Part shown: positions 1 to 6,869 of the stretch, in pieces | How the letters are laid out: each line of letters begins with the position of its first letter | How positions within the stretch are numbered: the first letter of the stretch is position 1 | Virus record (IMG/VR): IMGVR_UViG_2703718818_000014 | Coordinates: 1-11,010 of that record | Length of the DNA: 11,010 bases | Source of the DNA: a virus | Taxonomy: Duplodnaviria > Heunggongvirae > Uroviricota > Caudoviricetes | Direction: 5' to 3' (one strand) | Notes under the pieces: generated by a model | The model's database searches: none | What the model saw: only the letters and a program-made list of their open reading frames with translations | What the model was told of the DNA's origin: nothing | Position numbers and translations under genes: made by a program

Positions 1-1242
1 ATGGCGAGAAAAACACCCCCATTAACCACAGTACAGATCAAAGCAGCCAGACCAGCAGAAAAGGAATACACCCTACAGGACGGCGGAGGGCTTTTTCTCC
101 TGATCAAACCGTCCGGATCAAAACTCTGGAGATTTTCCTACTACCGACCATCGGACAAAAAAAGAATATTGCTGAGTTTTGGATCGCTTGATGATGTTTC
201 CCTGGCTGATGCCAGAAAACGCCGTAGCGAGTACAGGGCGTTAATTCGTGCCGGAACTGACCCGCAGGACCACGAGAGGCAAAAAAGAGAGACAGAGGCC
301 CGAAGACAAGGGAACACGTTCGAAAATGTGGCAACAGCATGGTACCAGGTGAAAATCAGCCAGAATCTGGCCCCCAATACGATTAAAGACATCTGGCGAT
401 CGCTGGAAAAATATGTATTCCCGTTCATCGGCAACACGCCAATAGACACCCTGACCGCTCGCAGGTTCGTTGAGGTGCTTACCCCCATCAAGGAACGTGG
501 CAACCTGGAAACACTCAAACGGGTTTTACAGCGCGTTAATGAGGTAATGGATTACGCCGCCAACAGTGGGCTGATTGATGCCAATCCGGCTATGAATGTG
601 CGTAAGGCGTTCCCCTCCCCTGTAAAAAAACATATGCCAACAATCCGCCCCGAACAGCTGCCGGAGCTTATGCAGGCTTTATCAGTATCGGCAACAGAAC
701 GGCAGACCAGATTACTGATTGAATGGCAGTTACTGACCGTAACCCGTCCCGTTGAAGCATCGTCGGCACGCTGGGAAGAAATCGACATGGAAGCGCAACG
801 CTGGACCATACCCGCCGGACGCATGAAGATGCGCCGCGACCACGTTATCCCGCTTTGTGACCAGGCTATGGCAGTGCTGGAGGCTATGAAACCAATCAGC
901 CACCACCGCGATTATGTTTTCCCGAGTCTGAAAGACCCACAGCAGCCGATGAACAGCCAGACCGCTAACGCAGCATTACGACGCATGGGATTCGCTGGCG
1001 TGCTGGTGTCTCATGGATTACGCGCCATATTCAGCACAGCAGCGAACGAAGAAGGCTTTGAGCCGGACGTAATAGAGGCCGCACTTGCCCACGTCGACAC
1101 CAACGAAGTCAGACGGGCATACAACCGGAGCAACTACATAGAAAAACGCATCGTGCTTATGCGCTGGTGGGGCGAATTTGTCGAGGCTGCGGCGACGGGC
1201 GTAACCCTCGCCAGTGGTAAAAGGGGTATCCGAGCCGTTTAG
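1..1242 (+). CDS. int: Tyrosine site-specific integrase, P4 / CP4-57 IntA-like (413 aa)
   Basis: ATG at position 1, 413 codons. N-terminal ...GGGLFLLIKPSGSKLWRFSYY... typical of P4-family integrase arm-binding domains; C-terminal HGLRAIFST and RRAYNRSNY match the catalytic H-x-x-R and tyrosine nucleophile regions. Length equals the CP4-57 IntA class. Confidence 0.93.
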   Translation: MARKTPPLTTVQIKAARPAEKEYTLQDGGGLFLLIKPSGSKLWRFSYYRPSDKKRILLSFGSLDDVSLADARKRRSEYRALIRAGTDPQDHERQKRETEARRQGNTFENVATAWYQVKISQNLAPNTIKDIWRSLEKYVFPFIGNTPIDTLTARRFVEVLTPIKERGNLETLKRVLQRVNEVMDYAANSGLIDANPAMNVRKAFPSPVKKHMPTIRPEQLPELMQALSVSATERQTRLLIEWQLLTVTRPVEASSARWEEIDMEAQRWTIPAGRMKMRRDHVIPLCDQAMAVLEAMKPISHHRDYVFPSLKDPQQPMNSQTANAALRRMGFAGVLVSHGLRAIFSTAANEEGFEPDVIEAALAHVDTNEVRRAYNRSNYIEKRIVLMRWWGEFVEAAATGVTLASGKRGIRAV

Positions 1243-1264
1243 CTGTACAGAAAACCAGTAAAAA

Positions 1265-1297
1265 CTACGAAAACCATTTAAAACCGTCGTATAATTG
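1265..1297 (+). promoter_or_regulatory. Candidate sigma70 promoter (perfect -10 TATAAT at 1290-1295, weak -35)
   Basis: TATAAT hexamer at 1290-1295 in the int/alpA intergenic region; no convincing TTGACA-like -35 at 17 bp spacing, so weak. Confidence 0.25.
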
Positions 1298-1319
1298 CAT
1301 CACATTTAACGACGAGGCC

Positions 1320-1571
1320 TTGAAAAATGAAACTGTTAAGATGCAAACAAATTTCAGATGCAATTGCGACGGGCTGCAACTGGCCCTGATGGTTCAGCAT
1401 GAATTTTGGTCAACCTACGATCCGGAGGACAGAACGACGGCCCCATCAAAAAAACAGGTAGTAGATTTCCTGGTATCCCGTGGGGCTTCCAGAAATCTGG
1501 CTGTAAGTATTGATAAGGTTGTACGTCCGGCATCCATGAAGACCGGAGGCAGGCCAAAAAAATGGCGGTAA
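1320..1571 (+). CDS. Hypothetical small protein (83 aa from TTG 1320; first ATG at 1341)
   Basis: ORF ends 8 nt before a strong intrinsic terminator; no clear Shine-Dalgarno and no recognisable family, so the call is tentative. Confidence 0.3.
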   Translation: MKNETVKMQTNFRCNCDGLQLALMVQHEFWSTYDPEDRTTAPSKKQVVDFLVSRGASRNLAVSIDKVVRPASMKTGGRPKKWR

Positions 1572-1581
1572 CAATCCTGAA

Positions 1582-1605
1582 AGCGGCAGAAATGCCGCTT
1601 TTTTT
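1582..1605 (+). terminator. Rho-independent terminator
   Basis: Stem AGCGGCA / TGCCGCT (7 bp), loop GAAA, followed by a run of 7 T. Confidence 0.7.
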
Positions 1606-1633
1606 ATAAATCCCTTTCAAATCATCAATATAA

Positions 1634-1720
1634 AAAACGGTGTATACCGTTTAAAAACGGTGAGTACTGTTTTTCCCTGCATCCGATGATTTACCGTATT
1701 TCTCACCGGAATACACCGGA
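1634..1720. promoter_or_regulatory. Repeat-rich putative operator/promoter region upstream of alpA
   Basis: Direct repeat AAAAACGGTG at 1634-1643 and 1654-1663; palindrome ACGGTgtatACCGT at 1637-1650; direct repeat CACCGGA at 1704-1710 and 1714-1720; all within 100 bp upstream of the alpA start. Confidence 0.3.
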
Positions 1721-1738
1721 TTAATGAGGTAAATCACG

Positions 1739-1945
1739 ATGGAAGCAATCAAAAAAGTCATCTTTCGCCAGGAAGTAAAAAAACTTATCCACATCAAGGC
1801 AGACAGCACGCTTCAAAGCATGATCAACGCCGGAGAATTTCCGCAGGGTTTTCGCGTTGGTTTACGCCGTCGCGGATGGTATGAGGAAGACGTAATCGCA
1901 TGGATGAAAGAACGTGAGCAGGAAGCACGCGGAACGGCTGCGTAA
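1739..1945 (+). CDS. alpA: AlpA / Vis-family prophage transcriptional regulator (excisionase-like HTH), 68 aa
   Basis: ATG with GAGG Shine-Dalgarno 10 nt upstream. The segment MINAGEFPQGFRVGLRRRGWYEEDVIAWM matches the AlpA family signature (AGxFP ... G.R...W...I..W). Confidence 0.85.
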   Translation: MEAIKKVIFRQEVKKLIHIKADSTLQSMINAGEFPQGFRVGLRRRGWYEEDVIAWMKEREQEARGTAA

Positions 1946-2095
1946 TGGTGTGAGGCATAACACGATGAACATAACAAAAAGCGCCCCGTTGCCGGAACGC
2001 CCTTGTGAACAATTAACCTGCTGCGCCTTATGTGTATGTGATCCCAAACATAAGCACGGGAATGATAGCCGCTATCAGGCTGGTGGGCAATGTAA

Positions 2096-2275
2096 TTACC
2101 CTTTGGGTTCTATGCCGCGTTGCTGTAATTCTTTGCGGATTATTCGCTTTATCCAGGCAGCAAGAGAATCATCGCCGTCATGTTGTTGTGCCTTTTCCAT
2201 CTTTTCCCGTAAGTCAGGATCTAAACGGAACTGGAACGGAGGATTACCACGCCTTTCGTTTTTGTGTGTTGACAC
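2096..2275 (-). CDS. Small ribbon-helix-helix (Arc/MetJ-like) DNA-binding protein, paralogue 1 (59 aa, GTG start)
   Basis: My minus-strand translation: MSTHKNERRGNPPFQFRLDPDLREKMEKAQQHDGDDSLAAWIKRIIRKELQQRGIEPKG. Beta-strand / helix A / helix B pattern typical of RHH repressors. Below the length cutoff of the supplied ORF track. Paralogous to the ORF at 2780..2971, sharing start context and the C-terminal RGIEPKG. Confidence 0.45.
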   Translation of the reverse strand: MSTHKNERRGNPPFQFRLDPDLREKMEKAQQHDGDDSLAAWIKRIIRKELQQRGIEPKG

Positions 2276-2343
2276 GTTAATTACACCCCATGTAATGTAT
2301 TTATGTGTAGTGACACATTACAGACAATCAACACAAAAAGCAA

Positions 2344-2374
2344 AGCCCGCTGGAGCTATGAACACCAACGGGCT
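2344..2374. other. Conserved stem-loop A (minus-strand intrinsic-terminator-like; alternatively part of a small regulatory RNA)
   Basis: AGCCCG-c-TGG / CCA-a-CGGGCT stem. On the minus strand the stem is followed by TTTGCTTTTTGTG. Flanks AAAAAGCAAAGCCC ... GGGCTTCTAACC are shared with stem-loop B at 3043-3075, with compensatory changes inside the stem. Confidence 0.4.
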
Positions 2375-2494
2375 TCTAACCAAACCATTAATTGAGGTAA
2401 CGATTATGGCTATAAAAGAGCATAGCTTACTCTTTATACACACACAAACGCCCCGGAAACGGAATAATCCGTTTCATAGTTCGGTTTTGTGCAC

Positions 2495-2722
2495 TCATCC
2501 TGGCGGTCGGTTTTTGCCGGATTTAAGCCGCCGTGGGTATTTATCGACAAAATCTTCAAGGGCAAATTTTTCTGGTGGCACTAAGCGCGGCGCTGGTGGT
2601 GGTATTTTTGTTCTGGTTAGTTCTTCCTCAAGTCTGGCGCAGGCTTCTGACTGCCTTTGCCGGATGATTTCATCATCTTGCGTTTGCGTGTCTTGTATTG
2701 GTGATAGTGTGTTGTTGGTCAT
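2495..2722 (-). CDS. Hypothetical protein (75 aa)
   Basis: ATG start with AGGG 9 nt upstream; hydrophilic non-repetitive sequence; lies downstream of RHH paralogue 2 on the same strand and upstream of the minus-strand terminator-like stem-loop A. No family recognised. Confidence 0.35.
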   Translation of the reverse strand: MTNNTLSPIQDTQTQDDEIIRQRQSEACARLEEELTRTKIPPPAPRLVPPEKFALEDFVDKYPRRLKSGKNRPPG

Positions 2723-2779
2723 GATACTGCCCTGTAAAGCAATGCGCCGGAGTACCTCACACCACGGCGCTGATAGTTT

Positions 2780-2971
2780 TTATCCTTTGGGTTCTATACC
2801 GCGCCGCTTTAGTTCAGTGCGCCCCAACTCTTTAAGCCAGTTGGCTAGGCTTATGCCGTCGCTCTGTGCTTCTTTATCGAATTGCTCTTTTAGCTCTGGA
2901 GAAATTCGCATTCTGAATTGTGGGGATTGCCCGTCCCCTTTAGGGCTTTTATCGCGTTTGATTGTTGACAA
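2780..2971 (-). CDS. Small ribbon-helix-helix (Arc/MetJ-like) DNA-binding protein, paralogue 2 (63 aa from TTG 2971; alternative ATG at 2911 gives 43 aa)
   Basis: Translation ...STIKRDKSPKGDGQSPQFRMRISPELKEQFDKEAQSDGISLANWLKELGRTELKRRGIEPKG, collinear with paralogue 1 including N-terminal (M)ST.K. AGGTGA lies 4 nt upstream of the TTG. Confidence 0.45.
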   Translation of the reverse strand: MSTIKRDKSPKGDGQSPQFRMRISPELKEQFDKEAQSDGISLANWLKELGRTELKRRGIEPKG

Positions 2972-2972
2972 G

Positions 2973-3013
2973 TGGTCACCTATTGAATTAGCCTTTCTAT
3001 TGTTAGGTGACCA
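2973..3013. promoter_or_regulatory. 10-bp inverted repeat, candidate operator (TGGTCACCTA ... TAGGTGACCA)
   Basis: Perfect 10-bp inverted repeat at 2973-2982 and 3004-3013 between the RHH paralogue 2 start and stem-loop B. The analogous position in module A has a different inverted repeat (TGTAATGT 2291-2298 / ACATTACA 2315-2322). Confidence 0.35.
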
Positions 3014-3042
3014 CCTTAACACAAGAGCACTTAAAAAAGCAA

Positions 3043-3075
3043 AGCCCCGCAAGTGTCATTACCACTCGCAGGGCT
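3043..3075. other. Conserved stem-loop B (paralogue of stem-loop A)
   Basis: AGCCC-c-GCAAGTG / CACTCGC-a-GGGCT. Same flanking sequence as stem-loop A; on the minus strand followed by TTTGCTTTTTT. Confidence 0.4.
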
Positions 3076-3105
3076 TCTAACCAACAACGTAAACTAGGAG
3101 CCGTT

Positions 3106-3663
3106 ATGGTTGCTGTAAATCATATACCACACCTTGTACACACACAAACGGCCTTTGTGTGGCGTTTTCTGGCCCTGAATATCGGAGAAAAAAACCAGTT
3201 GATCGCCAGTGTCGAAAATAGCTATGATTCCCGCGCACCTCATAAAACGGGTGCCGGGATTGGCGTCCTGGGCAAAACTGAAGCGCATAACACGCGCCCC
3301 GCGTGTTTTTTTGTGCCGCATAGTCACACCTTATCAATGGTGGGCTGTACGGGGGCGGAGCAATCCGCGCCGGTTTCTTCAGTGTCCGGTTACGCCAACC
3401 CTGTACAGTCCGCCACCAGCGAAATTGGCGTTTCCGGTGGCGGTTATCTTAACCACACTGAGGAGGCTGCCAACATGGCTACTATCCCTACCCTTGTACA
3501 TTCTCAAACCGCCTTTCTCTGGCGCTTTATCATCTTTGGCGCGTCAGAACATCAAATCATCCACGTAACCGCCTGGACGGAACGCGAAGCGCGTAACCGT
3601 TGCCCGTCAGGTTGTGTTGCTGTATTTGCCGCTCGTATTCGTCAGGGGTCACATCATGCGTAA
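3106..3663 (+). CDS. Tandem small-protein paralogue units B1 and B2 in one open frame (possible Icd-like proteins); B2 may initiate independently at 3475
   Basis: ATG 3106 with AGGAG 5 nt upstream. An internal ATG at 3475 has GAGGAGG 9 nt upstream and encodes MATIPTLVHSQTAFLWRFIIFGASEHQIIHVTAWTEREARNRCPSGCVAVFAARIRQG. B1 begins MVAVNHIPHLVHTQTAFVWRF..., and the frame stays open from 3106 to 3663 across an internal terminator-like hairpin. Family assignment is from memory of the motif only. Confidence 0.4.
   Translation: MVAVNHIPHLVHTQTAFVWRFLALNIGEKNQLIASVENSYDSRAPHKTGAGIGVLGKTEAHNTRPACFFVPHSHTLSMVGCTGAEQSAPVSSVSGYANPVQSATSEIGVSGGGYLNHTEEAANMATIPTLVHSQTAFLWRFIIFGASEHQIIHVTAWTEREARNRCPSGCVAVFAARIRQGSHHA
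3289..3312 (+). terminator. Intrinsic terminator / attenuator inside the B1-B2 leader
   Basis: Stem AACACGCG / CGCGTGTT with a short loop, followed by a T run (GTTTTTTTG). Confidence 0.5.
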
Positions 3664-3949
3664 AAACCGCTTGCAAAAAATTATCACGGGGCTGTATGCT
3701 TCCCCCGTCGCCCACATGGCGACCGGGTTTGACAGCCTGAATAAATTGGCGGACAGCCGCCCATATCCGATAAGCGGTTTTTTTGTGTCCGTAAACCTAC
3801 CCATACCCGCATTATGGCGGGGCGTAACGGGGGAGCCTTTGCGCTCGCTGGTTTCCCAATTTGCCAGTCTGTCAACCCTGTTACGTCTCGCCACCATGTT
3901 TGACAGCGTAGTAGCGAGACTCCTTAACATTAAATTGGGAGCCTTTCAC

Positions 3950-4123
3950 ATGGCTGTATCCGCACGCCCTTACTTTGTCTGGCGCTTTATGCAGTGCCAC
4001 CACAGCAACATTGATGTATTCACCGTTACCGCAGCCACTGAACGCGAAGCCCGCGCCCAGCTGCCGCACGCACATCTGATTCTTGTCGCCCGTATTCGTC
4101 AGGGGAAAACCTATGCACAATAA
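3950..4123 (+). CDS. Small-protein paralogue unit B3 (57 aa; possible Icd-like); frame is open upstream to ATG 3656
   Basis: ATG 3950 with GGGAG 8 nt upstream; MAVSARPYFVWRFMQCHHSNIDVFTVTAATEREARAQLPHAHLILVARIRQGKTYAQ shares F.WRF, TEREAR and ARIRQG with unit B2. The upstream in-frame extension (3656-3949) is homologous to the B1-B2 leader at nucleotide level but in a different reading frame, which argues it is non-coding. Confidence 0.45.
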   Translation: MAVSARPYFVWRFMQCHHSNIDVFTVTAATEREARAQLPHAHLILVARIRQGKTYAQ

Positions 4124-4373
4124 AACCACACCGGACGCAGCAGCCGCCGCGCTCACTACGCTGATGCATGCGCTGATTGATATTTCTGTTATTGCTGACA
4201 GGGCGCATAAGCACGCCACCAGTGAAACAGAATATGCTGGGGCTTTCGTTCCTCATTCGCTGGCGGTTATGCAACTTAGTGCGGATATGGCGCTGAATGA
4301 GGCCAAAGCCATCCTGATTGCTGATTGTGAAAATGGGGGGGGGTTATGCGTGATGATCGTTTTAATTCCCTGA
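4113..4373 (+). CDS. Hypothetical small protein (86 aa)
   Basis: First ATG of the frame, overlapping the stop of unit B3; first gene of a tightly packed run of small ORFs leading into the primase gene. Contains a G9 homopolymer near its 3' end. Confidence 0.4.
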   Translation: MHNKTTPDAAAAALTTLMHALIDISVIADRAHKHATSETEYAGAFVPHSLAVMQLSADMALNEAKAILIADCENGGGLCVMIVLIP

Positions 4374-4567
4374 AACAGGAATTTTCCGGCGTTCCTGATG
4401 ATGCGGTTGATGCGCTTTCGTTAATATCTGAAATTATGCGGGTGGCTTTTTTCTTTCTTTGCACTGATGAGCACAGAGATACAGGGCTAAATATTCTTGA
4501 TATTGCCGCTAACTATGCCGATTTCGTGACAGAAGCTGTTTTAAGAAAAACAACGGACGGGGATTAA
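4346..4567 (+). CDS. Hypothetical small protein (73 aa)
   Basis: ATG 4346 immediately after the G9 run, which doubles as its Shine-Dalgarno; overlaps the preceding ORF by 28 nt. Confidence 0.45.
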   Translation: MRDDRFNSLKQEFSGVPDDAVDALSLISEIMRVAFFFLCTDEHRDTGLNILDIAANYADFVTEAVLRKTTDGD

Positions 4568-4568
4568 T

Positions 4569-4802
4569 ATGCGTGATATTTATCTTGAAACAATAGACCG
4601 CGCATTTCTTGCACTTTCTCACAGTGAAAACATGCTGGAAATATTGCGCATATGGCTTGAAACACTTGGCGACAATGAACGCGACAAACAAAAATCAAGA
4701 ATTGCCACGGCATTAATAACGCTTCTTGAGCCTGTAATAATGGAACTGCAAGAAATAGATCTATTGCACGACAGATATAAAGAACAGCACACCGGAGAAT
4801 AA
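4569..4802 (+). CDS. Hypothetical small protein (77 aa)
   Basis: ATG 2 nt after the previous stop, preceded by GGACGGGGA; acidic helical-looking sequence. Confidence 0.5.
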   Translation: MRDIYLETIDRAFLALSHSENMLEILRIWLETLGDNERDKQKSRIATALITLLEPVIMELQEIDLLHDRYKEQHTGE

Positions 4803-4807
4803 AAATA

Positions 4808-5107
4808 ATGAAACTTAAATATTCTGGCTTAACTGCCAGTGGCAACACTCACCCTAAATTTACGCGCGGTGATATTTACCGCGACCAGTACGGCGGCACG
4901 GTAATGATTAAGGGCGTGGAAGAACGGCGTGTAACCTACCGCCGTGAAGGTTACGAATATGATTGCGTGATGCCTGTTTATCAGTTCCGGCGTGATTTTT
5001 CTCTGGTACAGACCGCGCCGCATAACGTGCCCACCAGCAACGCCAGGGCACGGGCAAACATCCAGAAGCTGAAAACCATGATTAACGGATTCAGGGGTAA
5101 AAAATGA
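4808..5107 (+). CDS. Hypothetical small protein (99 aa), translationally coupled to the primase gene
   Basis: ATG 4808 with GGAGA upstream; its stop overlaps the primase start in an ATGA arrangement. Resembles from memory small conserved proteins found beside primase genes in P4-like islands (unverified). Confidence 0.5.
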   Translation: MKLKYSGLTASGNTHPKFTRGDIYRDQYGGTVMIKGVEERRVTYRREGYEYDCVMPVYQFRRDFSLVQTAPHNVPTSNARARANIQKLKTMINGFRGKK

Positions 5108-6858
5108 AACTGGCACCGAACGTAAAACAGCAGTCACGCGGCATAAAACACAAAGGAACAGAAGTCATTATTTTTGCGGGTAGTGATGCCTGGGCACACG
5201 CGAAACAATGGCAGGAACATGATGCGCGTATGGCCGGAGATAATGAGCCTCCTGTGTGGCTTGGGGAGCAGCAGTTATCAGAGCTGGATAAGCTGCAAAT
5301 TGTGCCGGAAGGCAGAAAATCCGTGCGCATATTCAGGGCCGGATATCTTGCGCCAGTAATGATAAAGGCGATTGGCCAGAAGCTGGCGGCGGCAGGCGTA
5401 CAGGATGCAAATTTTTACCCTGATGGTATGCACGGTCAGAAGGTGGAGAACTGGCGCGAATATCTGGCCCGTGAGCGCCAGAATCTTTCTGATGGTCTGG
5501 TCATTGAGCTTCCGGTAAAGCAAAAGGCGCAACTTTCGCAGATGGCGGACAGTGAGCGCGCGCAGCTGCTTGCCGATCGCTTTGATGGCGTTTGCGTACA
5601 TCCTGAAAGTGAAATCGTTCACGTATGGCGCGGCGGGGTATGGTGTCCGGTCAGCACAATGGAGCTTAGCCGCGAAATGGTGGCGATCTATTCAGAGCAC
5701 AGGGCCACTTTCAGCAAGCGCGTAATCAATAACGCCGTGGAAGCGTTAAAAGTTATTGCCGAACCAATGGGCGAGCCGTCCGGCGATTTGCTGCCGTTCG
5801 CCAATGGTGCGCTTGACCTGAAAACGGGGGAATTTTCCCCGCACACGCCGGAGAACTGGATCACCACGCACAACGGCATTGAGTACACGCCACCAGCACC
5901 AGGGGAGAACATCCGCGATAACGCGCCAAACTTTCATAAATGGCTTGAGCACGCAGCCGGAAAAGACCCGCGCAAGATGATGCGTATATGTGCCGCGCTG
6001 TACATGATTATGGCGAACCGGTACGACTGGCAGATGTTTATTGAGGCCACCGGAGACGGCGGGAGCGGTAAAAGTACATTCACGCACATAGCCAGCCTTC
6101 TGGCAGGGAAACAGAACACGGTAAGCGCTGAAATGACGTCGCTTGATGATGCTGGTGGACGTGCGCAGGTTGTCGGGAGTCGTCTTATCGTCCTGGCTGA
6201 CCAGCCGAAATATACAGGCGAAGGAACGGGCATCAAGAAAATCACGGGCGGTGACCCCGTGGAAATTAACCCGAAATACGAAAAGCGTTTCACGGCTGTA
6301 ATCAGGGCGGTGGTGCTGGCGACCAACAATAACCCGATGATATTCACCGAACGGGCCGGAGGTGTGGCACGTCGTCGCGTGATTTTCCGTTTCGACAATA
6401 TCGTCAGTGAGGCCGAAAAAGACAGGGAGCTACCGGAAAAGATTGCGGCTGAAATCCCTGTCATTATCCGCCGATTGCTGGCGAACTTTACCGACCCTGA
6501 GAAGGCACGGGCTTTACTACTGGAACAGCGTGACGGTGATGAAGCACTGGCAATAAAGCAACAGACGGATCCGGTTATTGAGTTTTGCCAGTTCCTGAAT
6601 TTTCTGGAGGAAGCACGCGGCCTGATGATGGGCGGCGGTGGCGATTCAGTGAAGTACACGACCAGAAACAGCCTTTACCGCGTCTATCTGGCGTTTATGG
6701 CGTACGCAGGCAGGAGCAAACCGCTAAACGTAAATGACTTTGGCAAGGCTATGAAGCCAGCCGCGAAAGTTTACGGACATGAATATATTACGCGGAAAGT
6801 TAAAGGAGTAACGCAGACTAACGCAATAACAACAGACGATTGCGACGCGTTTTTATAA
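5104..6858 (+). CDS. Replication protein: P4-alpha-family primase/helicase C-terminal-type P-loop NTPase (SF3/D5-like), 584 aa
   Basis: Walker A GDGGSGKST, Walker B-like RLIVLADQP and SF3 motif C VVLATNNNP in the C-terminal half; sits directly upstream of an iteron array. Confidence 0.85.
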   Translation: MKLAPNVKQQSRGIKHKGTEVIIFAGSDAWAHAKQWQEHDARMAGDNEPPVWLGEQQLSELDKLQIVPEGRKSVRIFRAGYLAPVMIKAIGQKLAAAGVQDANFYPDGMHGQKVENWREYLARERQNLSDGLVIELPVKQKAQLSQMADSERAQLLADRFDGVCVHPESEIVHVWRGGVWCPVSTMELSREMVAIYSEHRATFSKRVINNAVEALKVIAEPMGEPSGDLLPFANGALDLKTGEFSPHTPENWITTHNGIEYTPPAPGENIRDNAPNFHKWLEHAAGKDPRKMMRICAALYMIMANRYDWQMFIEATGDGGSGKSTFTHIASLLAGKQNTVSAEMTSLDDAGGRAQVVGSRLIVLADQPKYTGEGTGIKKITGGDPVEINPKYEKRFTAVIRAVVLATNNNPMIFTERAGGVARRRVIFRFDNIVSEAEKDRELPEKIAAEIPVIIRRLLANFTDPEKARALLLEQRDGDEALAIKQQTDPVIEFCQFLNFLEEARGLMMGGGGDSVKYTTRNSLYRVYLAFMAYAGRSKPLNVNDFGKAMKPAAKVYGHEYITRKVKGVTQTNAITTDDCDAFL

Positions 6859-6869
6859 TTTGTTGCAAT

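Noticed and set aside
1-1300. Attachment site or tRNA target next to the integrase
   Set aside because: No tRNA-like sequence or direct repeat is visible inside the window; the att site is presumably upstream of position 1.
1354-1620. 88-aa minus-strand ORF in the int/alpA intergenic region
   Set aside because: Reads through the plus-strand terminator hairpin and has an implausible composition; the plus-strand small ORF, itself weak, is the better candidate.
1914-3080. 388-aa plus-strand ORF spanning the region after alpA
   Set aside because: Translation is low-complexity (Cys/Ser/Arg-rich), has no Shine-Dalgarno, and runs across regulatory repeats and better-supported minus-strand genes; almost certainly a chance open frame.
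3007-4123. Long read-through frames 3007..3663 and 3614..4123 as single large proteins
   Set aside because: The 3007 start is a non-ATG codon upstream of a good ATG/SD at 3106, and the inter-unit leaders are conserved as nucleotides in different frames and contain terminator-like hairpins. The short units are better supported, though 3106..3663 is kept as one feature because no stop separates the first two units.
3100-4125. Possible CRISPR array suggested by the tandem repeats
   Set aside because: Repeat units are hundreds of bp long, protein-coding plus leader, with no short identical direct repeats separated by unique spacers.
1163-6158. Chi octamers (GCTGGTGG) at 1163-1170, 2079-2086, 2592-2599 and 6151-6158 on the plus strand
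   Set aside because: Density is only modestly above what is expected in an E. coli-like genome and no positional pattern is evident; noted but not treated as a feature.
5934-6659. 241-aa minus-strand ORF antisense to the primase/helicase gene
   Set aside because: Ser/Arg/Ala-rich low-complexity translation, entirely inside a plus-strand gene with clear motifs; typical antisense shadow ORF.
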